NCBI GenBank assembly: GCA_001643675.2 | Contig: LSRY02000028.1 | Coordinates: 930,001-994,000, forward strand | Direction: 5' to 3' | DNA from: Monocercomonoides exilis PA203 | Taxonomy: Eukaryota; Protista; Preaxostyla | Length of the DNA stretch: 64,000 nt | In this document: one piece after another, positions 24,269 through 36,498 of the stretch | Position numbering within the stretch: position 1 is the stretch's first letter | Layout: each line of letters opens with the position of its first letter | The notes under the pieces: generated by a model | Database searches by the model: none | Told to the model about the DNA's origin: nothing | Seen by the model: only the letters and a program-made list of their open reading frames with translations | Position numbers and translations under genes: made by a program

Positions 24269-25590
24269 TTATCTTTCTTCAGCATCTTCTTCATCTTGAA
24301 TTCCCAAAATATCATTAATATCAGGAATTTCTTCGTTTTCATCAATTCCATCATCATCAATTTCCAATTCAAATTCATCTTCAGATTGAACATTTATAGC
24401 TTTTTCCATGAATTTTCCGTTGGATAGCAAACCTGATCTTTTCACAATGAACGTTGCAAGCACTCCAGGAATAAATCGCTATCTCACTTCATATCTTGGG
24501 GAAAATGATCGCAAATGTGCCCACATTCCTTCTGTAGCATTCGTATTGGCTTTCGTAACAGTATCAATGTTATGAAGTTTGTGGCAGACGGTTTCGTGTG
24601 TATAACCAATTCCTCCTCAAAAAGTGTTAGCTTTCCACTCGTCGCTGATAATTGTTGTTCCTTCTTTGATTTAATTTTTAATTATAGGGATCAAAGTCTC
24701 TTTATTTCGATTTGGTTCAATGACCACAAATTTTTTTCCTAATTCTTCTTTGCCTTTTCGTTCGACAGCTCCATATATGGGTAATTCTTTTTGAAAAGTC
24801 GCAAATGTTTAATTTTCAAAGAAATCAAAAATTTCATATCTTGACCAAATTTCGGTTCCCGCTCATGCAACTTCACAGGAATGTGTTAAATAGCATTGTC
24901 AAAATTTATCCTCCACATTGGTGAAGTCACATGAGAGGGGTTTGAAATTAGATCAAGATATGAAATATTTGATTTCTTTGAAAATTGAACATTTGCGACT
25001 TTTCAAAAAGAATTACCCATATCCACATCAATTTTTTCTGCTTTCCTAATTCAAAAAATTGTTATATTCAATGAGAACAAATTCATATTAATGATCACAG
25101 TATTATTTATTGACTTATAAACCTTTTTTGTATTTCTATCTCCTTCATGCCGCTTCATCGATTTCTTCTCTTTTGCCAGTCCCTTCAATTTTTATTTCTG
25201 TAATTTAAGAAATTTAACGCAGTCGACGTTGCAACGCTAGTCCAGTATCCAATCGTCATTTGAGATTCATTGAGCATCATCCCGATTTGCCAATCTTTGA
25301 TTTCCAGCCAAAACATCGAAAGGATCATCAACACTGTTGAAATCGGTAATTTTGAAGACTCTAAAGTTGCATTTTTTAAGCAGGAAACACTTTTCTTGTC
25401 CTTTGGACGCTTCAGGATTCTAGAATGTCCCCTTCCTTTATTGATATATTTTGCTTTTTTGCAGTGCTGGCAAACTGCAAATACCTCAGAAAAATGTTGT
25501 TATATCCATTTCCAAGATGATTCTTCAGATGAAAATGTCTCATAAAGTGCTTGGCATTCCTTTTTGAAACGTTTTTTCCAAGAAATCAAA
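24269..25590 (-). pseudogene. Merlin/IS1595 (ISXO2-like) DDE transposase pseudogene, with an intron (25046-25122) and a MITE insertion
   Basis: Reconstruction: N-terminal CQHC..; KIEGTGKREEIDEAA*RR*KYKKG-(intron)-KQKKLMWIYGAVERK...VIEPNRNKETLIPIIKN*IKEGTTIISDEWKANTF*GGIGYTHETVCHK...TKANTNATEGMWAHLR. These are the Merlin/IS1595 D(EIDE), D(ISDxW), E(NxxEGxW) blocks. At least six in-frame stops and one frameshift. The 5' end is approximate. Confidence 0.85.
24779..25018. mobile_element. 240-bp MITE with long terminal inverted repeats (GGG...CCC) and ATAT target-site duplication
   Basis: Left GGGTAATTCTTTTTGAAAAGTCGCAAATGTTTAATTTTCAAAGAAATCAAAAATTTCATATCTTGA matches the reverse complement of the right end with 2 mismatches over ~66 bp, and weaker similarity continues inward. 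ATAT sits at 24775-24778 and 25019-25022. Confidence 0.9.
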
Positions 25591-26260
25591 TTATTTGTCG
25601 AAAAAAATATTTGTGATAATACCTATTTTTGATGTTATATAAATATGTTATATTTCCTTCTTAATCCAGTGGATGCAAAGAACAGACATAGAACATGTGT
25701 GATAATTTTTGATATCGTATTTTTCCATGCAAAAAATTCGGTTCGAAAATATCCCTTGAATATCAACAAAAGAATACTGAAAAGTGAAAAGGCTTTAAGA
25801 AATATTTCTTTTGCTTTATTTGAGCTTTTACATTTGTTTTGACAGCAGTTAAGAAAATTTAAGGCATATGAATACAAAATCTCTTCCCCAAAACAAACAA
25901 CGTTTGAAAAACCGATATTAAAAAATTAGTTATGATTTCAAAAATAATCACCCACATAATATATTTTATTTCTCAGAATCAATAGATCGCAAGAATGCTT
26001 GAAAGAATCAATAATATTGGGAATGCTTATTTTAAACTTTGTCAGTTCGTTACTTTTTTTTTCACAATTATTTCACTTATGAATAAAACAGGTTTTCCGC
26101 AATAAAAAAATGCATCTGAACCTCCACCGATAATAAGAATAATTATGTGGACAAATAATCTTTGTTTCCAAAAAGAAAAACTAATTGTTTGCAAGGAAAT
26201 TGAAAAAATGAATTAAATAAAAAAAACTTTCAATAAAAACACAAACAAATTTTGTGAATT

Positions 26261-26570
26261 GTCAACTTTTTAATGGGACTTTTTCCTTTATTGGCTCTTT
26301 TTTTGTTTATGCATGCCAATCATTCAATAAAGCAAGATGGACCTCAACACTCGGATGAGGGTGTTTATCAAACGAGCACATTAAATTTCTGGTTTGTTTT
26401 ATAAATTTTGTATATTTTTCGTAGAGATATGGGACGAAATTTTTTGCTTTATGAAATTTGTTCCACTCAATAATTTCTTTTATTTTTCTCAATTAAAACA
26501 ATTTTCTGTATTTTTTGCATGGGAATACAAGACTTATTATGATATAATTTCAGAAAAAGTTTGGAACAAA

Positions 26571-26607
<37 letters not shown>

Positions 26608-27306
26608 CACAAAACCTGAAATTTTATCCCATATAGCAATTTTTATTTATTTTGAAGTGACTTTTTTCAGCCGAAGATGTATTTCACAAATTTTTGAAAT
26701 ATATTTTTTAAAACTACTAGCATTTTCCATTTAATATTCAAAATCTTAAGTTTAACAACTTGTTTTTTCTTGATTTTTTCACATTTCATTTTTTTATCAA
26801 CATGCGAACACAAATTTGAAAATTTCTTTGTTATTAAAATGAAGTGTTAAAAATAATAATTTGATATGAAAAATGCACACTCTTATGAAGAAGTGTGGTA
26901 AATGTTGAACATCAAATTTTTCTATTTGCATCAAACAAGTGAATGGTCACAACATTGAATGATCTGCGACCATGCTTATTTTGTTTTAATGAGTTTGATG
27001 CAAATAGAAAAATTTGATGTTCAACATTTACCACACTTCTTCATGAGTGCATATCAAATTATTATTTTAACACTTCATTTTAATAACAAAGAAATTTTCA
27101 TGTTGAGTGTGAAAATTGTTAAAAATGCTAGTAGTAATTTTGTGAAATCTCTGAAAAATATACAAAATATAATAAGTCTCCCATGCAAAAATTTTTAATG
27201 AGAAAAATAAAAGAAATCAATCCAGTGTTGAAAATTTCATTGAATGATTGGCATGCATAAACAAAAAAAGAGCCAATAAAGGAAAAAGTCCCATTAAAAA
27301 GTTGAC
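26261..27306. repeat. ~1.05-kb asymmetric foldback (long inverted repeat)
   Basis: Perfect 68-bp inverted repeat 26261-26328 / 27239-27306; perfect 52-bp inner repeat 26885-26936 / 26993-27044; further matching blocks about 26817-26868 / 27050-27100; 56-nt central loop. Confidence 0.9.
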
Positions 27307-28306
27307 GCTATTCATTATTTCAAAACAAAACGGAATCCTGATAATTTTTTATTCAAGTTTGAAGATCTGAAAAAATTCACTTTTGGAAAAAAAGAACAAG
27401 TTTTGAATTCATGATTATCCAATCATGAATAAGAAAAAATTTTCACGAACTCAGGAATAATCAAAACAGTTGTCATTGTAACTTTCGAAAGAAAAGAGAG
27501 AGATTTAATATTGAGACTATCGTGGATTGATGTTTCCTTCTTTCATAAAAAGAAAAGGATAATTGAACAACAATTTAAAGGATTGTTCATAGTGTCTTCT
27601 TTGTTTCAAGAAAATGAAAATGATGAAGAATATAATATATTGAAGTCGATTTGCTCAATGCAATTTACAAAAAAATATACCATAATTTCCATTTCGGGAA
27701 AAATTGCTCTGGAGAATTTCTTATTCTTTTCGATGCAAGATCCGATTTTGACAATATATATTGAATGCTTACGTGATGTGATTGAATAAAAACGAAAAAA
27801 GCAAATGAAAACAAATTCGAGCATCCGCAAATATAAAGCCACTTTCGAATGTTTATATCATTATATAATAACTTATTGAATACATGCAAATATACACACA
27901 ATATACATGCAAAAATACCTACAAAAATGCATACAGATAACAAAAAGTGAATTTCAAGGTTTTCACAAAAATTCAGACAATCATCAAAGAACAATGCAAA
28001 AGCTCCAAACAAAAGAGATCACTTCTCGTGGAGTTTTTCTCAAAATAGAAAGATAAAGCAATTTGGGGATCCACCTATTTTTGTGGAATGAACTCTGCAT
28101 CATTCATTTGCGAATGTCTTTTGAATAGAAACACGAGGCTTGTCAACTCTCTTCAATCTTTCTCATCACAGAATTGTCAAATTTAGCTTCGAAGAAATAA
28201 TTCCCAATCAAATATGAATTTATTCAAAGAAGTTGATACTTATTCTGTTTTTATAAAAAGTGATTTTTTATTCTCTCTCAATGTTTGCTGAATTTATTTG
28301 CTCCAT

Positions 28307-31300
28307 TCAGCATGTAACGTATTCGCTGTCGCAGAAATACCCATTTGTGTCTTCTACATAATCAATTGCATCAGATGCTGTAACAATCATGACTCCGGGA
28401 GGGAAGCGCTGAAAGAGTTCCTTTTTCATGTTGAAGAGAGATGGTCTATCAGAAGGAAGCTGTGCAAGGCATTTCTTCACCACATCTTCAAAACTCGATT
28501 GCACATCTCCCATCCTTGGCCTCTCTCCATTCACGATCTTATCTCCTGCTATCACTGCTTCATACTCCCCAAATGGAATATCCAATGTCAGACACTCCCA
28601 CAGTATCATCCCAATCGAAAATACAACTGATTCTTTTGTTGCACCCATCTTCTTGTTCATCAGCAGTTCTGGCGCCTTCCATCTCAAACATTCTTTTTTG
28701 AAGCCATCTTCATCCTCAAATGCTGATGAGGGCAGAGAGTCATCATCATCATTATCGCTTGCAGAAGTCACAATAGTTGATGAAGAGATGGATGATGAAT
28801 CAGAATCGCCATCAGAAGAAAAGTCAGAATGCATCACAATGCAGATCGTCATGTGCTCCGAGAACAACACAATATGAGGACTCAGATTGCCCAACGATTG
28901 AAGTTGAAATTGACATTCATCAAACGAATGGAGTGCCCCATTCGCCACCCAGAACAACACCTGGGCAGCTGTGTGTTCTCTCTCCTGAAGTGTGCCTATT
29001 GCCATCTCCTTTTTCTCATTCTTTCCATGAAGCAGCATGAATAAAGAATCCCTTAAATCGACAATCAGTTTTTCATGTGGCGAAGAACATGCCATGACAT
29101 CTACCAGATTTGACATAGAAGAAGTAGTTGGACACAAATCTTCCATTCGAACAAAGGTAGTTTCTGTGTCCGAAGAGTCAGTGCTTTGAGAAGATGGAGA
29201 GGAAGATCGTTTTTGTAATTCAATATCATCTTCTTCCTTTTCATCTTCCTTTTCAAGTACCCATTCAGGGATTTTGTCTGAATCCTTTCCAAGAATATAT
29301 TCTGTCGATCCACTCTCACTCAGCAAATACTCTTCTGACTCCGAATGCACCATTGTCTTCACAAACACCCTCTTCTTTGCATTCTCTTCATTCTTCCTCT
29401 CTTCTCTCATCCACTGCGCCTCTGGTGTCATCTCCATCGTCACCATCTCAAACGCCTTCGGATCCTTTCTGATGTTATCATTCACAATTTCTCTCAAATC
29501 TTTGTTCTCTTTCTTTGCCTTTCTCCATCGAATGGTTACAACAATTGACACAATCAAAACAATCAAAAACAAAATTGCAAATACCACAACAATAATAATC
29601 CAATAAGGCACAGTCTTGTTTCCTCCTTCAACGATCGTTTCATTTCCTTTTGCTTTTGTTTCGCTTGCATTCTTCAAGATGAATGGCTGCGTCGATGAAA
29701 GAGATTGTGCATTTCCAAATAAAATTAACACACTCACTTCGATTTCATTTCCACAACTCCTGATCAGATCTTTTGCAACAGTCCCTTCAACTTCTCTTTC
29801 TGACAAAAACCCATCCTCATCAAATACATGTTTTTCAATCTCCTTCTCTTCTCCTTTCCTCTTCACAACTGAGAATGACAGATTGCATGGAACAAAAAGC
29901 ATTCCTTTGAATGTCAGCTTCATTCTATCTGTCTCTTCTTTTGCTTCTATACTTTCTAACACAGGAATAAAAAATGGAGAATCTCTCTCAGAAACAATCC
30001 CTTCAAAACTGCACACAACATTCAACATCCAAAGAGAAGAATTATCCTTCAATCCATCTCCTCCTTTCAAACTCACAACATTCAATGTTCCAGAATAAGA
30101 ACAGATGATATTTCTTCTCAATGATGGATATCCTTCAAATGATAGATTGTTATTCAAAAACTCTCCTTTCTCAATTATCACATTTCCCCCACTCATTGTT
30201 ATTCCACCTTCAGCTGAATTCGAGATTGTTGTGTCTTTCATCATTACAGAACTTTTCGCAACATCCACAAGAGATCCAGACCATCTGCACATCTCTTCTC
30301 CATCATTCAAATTCTGCTCATTTCTTTCCTTTGCACTCCCATCAAAAATGCAGCTTTCCATTTTCACATCCAAACTATTCTCCACATTCATCAATTTTCC
30401 TTTTGTGGTCTTTGAACTGACTCCACCAATTGTGCAATTTGTTAATTGAATTGTCTTTTTCATTGCCAAGCAAGATATCAATGATTCTTCATTTCCCTCA
30501 ACTGTGATATTTTCTGAATGAAACTTTTCCATATTTAGTTGTCCACATTCATTAATTTCAACAAGCGAATGAGAAACTGTTGAATTGCTAATCTCAAACA
30601 AATAAATCACTGAAGGAAGCGATGATGAAAGATATATTGAAGATTTTTGAAGAATGAGATTTGACATTGTGCATCCATCAAGTTGTTCTTCTCCTTTTTC
30701 CATATTGATAATGTTAAATGGAATATTTGCATTCACAACATTTCCTTCTTCTATTAATCGTTTTGTAGTGAATGAGCAATTCATTATCTCAAGAATTCCT
30801 CCCTCTGGTGATATCAATGATTCATGTTGAGAAATGAAATTCGAATCAAACACAAAATTCACTCTCACCAATGAGACTGTTCCTGTTGTTGAAATCAAAG
30901 AATTCTTTTCACTTGTTATCTCTGATTTCACTTCAACTTCACACGTTTCTCTGCTCTTAGAGCTCAAACTCATTTCCTTCAAATTAATCTCTTCCTCAAT
31001 TGCGCTCTTGGTGTCAATGTGCAACAGACTCACATATTCCGAAGTCAGATGCATTAGTCCATAATCAATTGAATAACATGGAAGTGTGTTTGTTCCACAT
31101 TGTCTCTCATTTGATCCATTCACACTGCTTACAATGATAGTGTCGCTCTGATGGATAGTCACAAATCCAATCAGATTTGTATCTTCTTTGTGTTCGCAAC
31201 TATCAATTCCACAGATTGCATTAATTCGTGAATAATTATTCTCTCGAAGATCGAACTGAAATTGACTTTCATTGATCTGCGATGTGATGTTGAAACATTC

Positions 31301-34300
31301 AATGAAAATATCATTTCCCACTCTTGCTGTATTTGAACTGAATTTCATCCCCACAAATGTGAAGTTCAAATCCCCTCTTTCCTTTGTTGCCAGATACACT
31401 CCTCCTCCTTTCCCATTGACGCAGCTGCAATGACTGATTGCTGAGCCAACCATTTTCATTGATCCAGATGCACCCAATGTGAAAAAGATTGCTCCTCCTT
31501 TTTCACTTGTTTCTGCTTTATCCTCTGTGATGTTGCTCGAATTCACAACCAAACAAATCTTACTCTCACTTGCAGACTCCAAAATGCTTGCTCCATTATC
31601 ACTTCTCTTCACTCCTGAAAATGATGATTTCTCAATCTCAATATTTACACATTCTTCATTTTCTCCATTTATCTTCAATTCTGGTTCATGTTTCTTGATT
31701 GATAAAATGCATCCTCCACTTTCATTCAATGATTCCACTCGAACATTCACAAAATGGCAAACAACTCCAAAATCATTAATTGCAAAAATGCTGTTTCCAA
31801 CATTGCACGATTCCATCGACAAATCATTCACTTCCATACTTCCTCCAATCACATCCACAAACACACAATCAAACCCATTGCCCATTCCTGCTTCTGAATG
31901 GAATGAGCATCCAGTTATCACCAAATCTCCTCCTTTGTTTGAAATAATTGTTTTGGCTGAATTGTCAAATCCAGATGCCAGTTGAAGTTTGATGTTGGAA
32001 AATTCAAGATGATCATCATTTTCCATGAAATATTCCAGTTGACTTCCAACTGACATTTCAAAATTCAAAGTTGCTTTTGTATCTTCTTCTCCCATCTTTA
32101 CACCCTTTTTGATCTGATAATTGGACACATTGAATGAATCTCGAATAATTGTTGATCCTTCAATCTGAATTGTTTTCATTCCATATTACTTTTCCATGTT
32201 TTCCATCCCTTTCCACATTGTGAAACACGGTTCTTCCTCACTTCCACAACGCGCCACATCAAATCCTTCAGATGAGATAAATATCTCAAATGAGCTGAAT
32301 GGAATCAGAAACATGAACAAATCTTTGTTAGAATGAAAATTATCACTTCCAACAAACAGAGTTTCATCATCCTTCATTTCAGAATAATCGAAGTTGAACG
32401 AAGTGTTTGTCACAGAAGAATTAAAATCCTTTCCCAAAATGAACATATTCTTTCCAAATTCTGCCTCATTCCCATCAAATATCAAATCTCCTGATAACTC
32501 AAACAATTCATCTGCATCAGCCATATTCATCATCACCCCTCCTCCACATCCACTGCACTTGCACTGACTGAATGTTGTTGTCCCTCCACTGTGCGATGTT
32601 GAATCTCCAATAAGAACCTTGCTTTTTGAAGAGACAAATTCAATCTTTATCCCTCCTCCATTCCCGTTCTCGCATTCACATTCTTCCATCGTTGTGTTCC
32701 ACACCACAAATGTCTCACTTCCCTTCACGCTTTTTGCCATCACCACTCCATCACCTGTTGTACGATTCACATTCCGAATTGTCAAATTCCCCAGCAAACT
32801 CTCTCCAGTTGACGATCCTGCTGATGATGGTTCAGCGAAAAGAAACTGTGATATTCTCATATTTTCTATCTCCACATCAATCGTCTTCAATTGCTTCAGA
32901 GCCACTTCAAACATAGATGACGAGATTCCACTCCCTCCTGATGTCGAAGAGTCGATCACCACATCCTCCAGCGAAAGAGCCCCGCTCCCCACAGACACCA
33001 CAAACACACTCGGAGATGGGCTTCTTGTCGCGTTGTGGTCGATCCCCACATGCCCCACCTCCAGCCGACCAGAAGATAAACTGAACAGAGTAGTTGCAGT
33101 CGAAGAAAGAGAATTCGTCCCAATCACACTCACTGTCTTCCCATTCCCTGTTATTATTATTTTCTTTTCCCCAACATTGATTGTTGTCCCTTCGCTCACG
33201 TGCCTCCCACCCAGCAACGTGATTGTAGAGCTCAGCTGAACCACGCTCGCCTCCACAGCATGCCCCATTGTTTTGCATGGGAGCATTTCATATTCTCCAC
33301 ATTTCTCATTTGAATCATCTCCATTCACTCCTACAAATCGATCAAAAAACTTGTCCATTAGCCATCCCTTCTTTTCTGTCTGCTGATATGTCCAAGAACT
33401 TAAATAGAATGAATAGCATACTCTTTTCTCATTGGTATTAGTTGTGTATGATTCATAGAACGGATTATTCGATGAAAAGAGATTGTATTGATCTTCAAAA
33501 TACACATCGTGTCCATATGGAGTTGCATCAGTGCATCTGCAATCGTGAAAGATGAAGAAATAAAAATAAATAGAATTAATCGGATGAAATTCTTGGTTTG
33601 GATTAAAAAGAAATCCTCCTCCCCATGACATTGCATTGCACGAAATGAACTGGAGGCTCCTCATTTTGATTGCAGAAGGGGCATTATCGCAACACATCCC
33701 TCCGCCAAATCTATCTGTCAGTGAGCACGAAGTGAATAAGCACTCAAACACACAAGCGCTCTCACCTTTCCCATTTTCTGTTCCAATACAGGAAGATCCA
33801 GAAACCTGAAAAGAATTAAGAAAAAGTCCTCCTCCATTACTATATGCCTTACAGTTCTGGAACTCGCACCCACTGATCCTGACACATGTTGAAATCGAAT
33901 AAGCATGCATTCCTCCTCCTCCACTGTTTTGTGCAGAACAAGAATTGAAAGAGCTGTTCTCGATCTTGAAAGAATATATAACATAGCACAAAACTCCTCC
34001 TCCTCGACTGCATGCATTGCAATCATTGAACGAACAAAACTTCACTGAAAGCGTTCCTGATTCCTTGTTATACATGTAAATCGCACCACCACTCGAAACT
34101 CCATCCGAAATAGAATTATTTGTCCCAGTTGTTTTTGAGCCATTCCACACACACCAAGTGAACGAATTTGCCCCATTGTCTGTCTGATTTTGTCTCTCTG
34201 GCTTCGATGGATTCCCTTCGCTTCCTGTATATGCAACATTTCTTGTGCGACAACATCCAACAAAAGAGGTGTTTGAAACAGTTAAAGAAGTGAAGGGGTT

Positions 34301-35191
34301 GTTGAGAGAGGGGGCAATTCCACCATCATACACATCACAAACCGATGAGAATGAACAACTGCTCATCAGGCATGAGGTGTGAGGAAATGAAGCTGTTGGA
34401 GATGGACATGCATCATTTGCTGTTGAAATATTGAAAAAAGTGAGTTTGGAGAGAGATATAAGGGTTATGGAAGGTGAAGAAAGGAATGGGGCTGTTGACA
34501 CACAAAATGAAGAGAAATAAGAGGAGCAAACAGAAACATAGCATTTCTCAGAAATCTCTCCTTCCATCACTTTTGAAGAGAAAAGAGAAGGAAATGTTTG
34601 CTCATCTGAAGCAGAAGACGATCTGAGTGAAATGTTGGTGAATAATCCACAGCTCCCACGCAAATCAAAAAGGGGTATCCCTCTCTCAACTCCAATCACA
34701 CATCCACTCACCTCAACAGAACTTCCATCCGATGCCCTGAGCACACTCTCCCCACCTCTTTCCATCAATCCCAATGAATTCAGTTTCATTGATGAATTGG
34801 CTACAACAACACTTCCCTCAACCCAACTCCAACCGCACACACCCTCCTTTCCCCACATTTTCCATTCATCGCAAAAACCCCATTTTTCACCTTTCACAAT
34901 CTCTCTTCTTCCTTCATTCCATTGTTTTGTGTATTTCTTCATTGTTTTCTCTTCTTTCGAGGTTTCTCTTTCTCCTTCTTCTTTTCCTTTAATGCATTCA
35001 TCAAATAAAATGTAATCACCACATTTGTTGCTTTGAGCCTTCTCTGGCCATGCGCCTTCAGGATAATTCATATTTTCAACTTTCACTGATTCCTCTCTAA
35101 ATCCTGCTCCATCACTTGTGGTACCCTTGCACATGCACCCCACACTAATTATCCATGCGCAATAAAATATTCCTGACACCGCAACAATCAT
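28307..35191 (-). pseudogene. Single-pass receptor-like protein (signal peptide, Cys-rich beta-helix ectodomain, TM helix, degenerate tyrosine-kinase-like domain) interrupted by one in-frame TAA at 32186-32188
   Basis: ORFs 32186-35191 and 28307-32179 are in the same frame (..MEK TAA TAT GGA ATG AAA..). N-terminal hydrophobic segment; GGAI/GGG repeats and CG-x4/5-PC modules; TM YWIIIVVVFAILFLIVLIVSIVVTI followed by RWRKAKK; kinase C-lobe remnants LGNLSPHIVLF, LRWKAPE, VVFSIGMILWE, RP. Confidence 0.75.
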
Positions 35192-36498
35192 GCCTGTCCA
35201 ACTGCTTTCTTTTCTTTTTTCTATTGCAAACTAATATGGGCACTTCTGTTTAATATCATTCAGCTTTTGTTGAACATCATATTATCATATGGAAATAAAT
35301 ATTCTCCTTTGCTTGTTTTTCAACATTTCATTTATGATCCAATTAATAATGGAGAATGATTCATCCATTTTTGTTGATGTTCTGATATTTCAGCCGTCAC
35401 TCTCCATTCAGCGATTTCTTCTTCTGAGATGGAACAACATATGATTTAGAGCATGTAATTTTGTTGACTGTATTTTCATGAGAAATGGAATTTGGGAAGA
35501 AATGAATGATGTGAAAATTTATGAAAACAGATGAATAGAAGAGGAACGAATGATGAACATTTTGTAGTACTGCACCACATATAAATGGATGTTTTTTGGT
35601 GGATTATTTGTGATATTTTTATTTGAAGAGATTTTTGATGTATTGAAAGAAATGATTGTTTTTGCTCAGATTGGCTGAAATGGACACTTTTCACAGAAGG
35701 GATGGGATGCATGGAACAAGGTCATACGAGCATTTGGGTTGGGTTTTTGATGTGTTTTTATGGCTGAATGAGATAGAATTTCAGTTCAAGGGAAAAAGGA
35801 TAAAGGTGGAATGAGTACAAATGGATATGTTTTATTGACGCAAAGTGGTTGCAGGGAATGACTGAACTTGCAATCGGTGTGCTATAATCTCTGTTTTATA
35901 TGACATTTTTCATGAAAATACTTATTTTTTGCTTTTAATTTTTATTTTCTCATTTGATAGGATTTTGGAAGTCATAAGAGAAATGGCTGACGCACTCTAT
36001 TTGCTGGGAGAATTTGTTTTGGAGAAAGGAAGAATGAAAAGGAAAATGAGGAGGCAGAATCAGATTGAAGAATAATTAAATTGAAAATGGATTAAAGAAG
36101 AAAAGAACAAACTGCAATAATGATCGTGAAAGCAAAGAATGGAGAAGATGCCATTGAAACAATTCTTTCGAACATTTTTTGTTTATCATTCATCAGCATC
36201 GTTTTGAAAGAGGAAATGGATTAACGTTCACTCATTAACATATTCAAAGGTGCGACAAAGGCATGATTGAAAGGAAAAGGATTTCTTCTTCTTCATCATT
36301 AAACGCACATCAAACATCATCGTCATCCTCCACACACAACCTTCTTCATCATCATATGCTGTATCAGAAAAGCATCAAAGGGAATGCTTATCAGGTTAAT
36401 CGACTAAAATTCAACTCATTCATTTAGTGATTGAACTGATGAGAAAAGAAAGAGGAAATTGAAACAACATTTTTCATCATGTTGCTTCTCATTGGCAG

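Noticed and set aside
23900-25960. Candidate Merlin terminal inverted repeats and TSD
   Set aside because: No convincing matching pair found by eye, so the element ends are left undefined.
32186-32188. TAA/TAG reassigned to Gln, as in some oxymonads
   Set aside because: The HECT gene ends in TAG at its conserved C-terminus, the Aha1-N gene ends in TAA, and multi-kb ORFs contain no in-frame TAR.
32165-32189. 25-nt mini-intron (GTAATAT...TTCAG) removing the in-frame TAA
   Set aside because: Its length is not a multiple of three, so splicing would frameshift the downstream domain.
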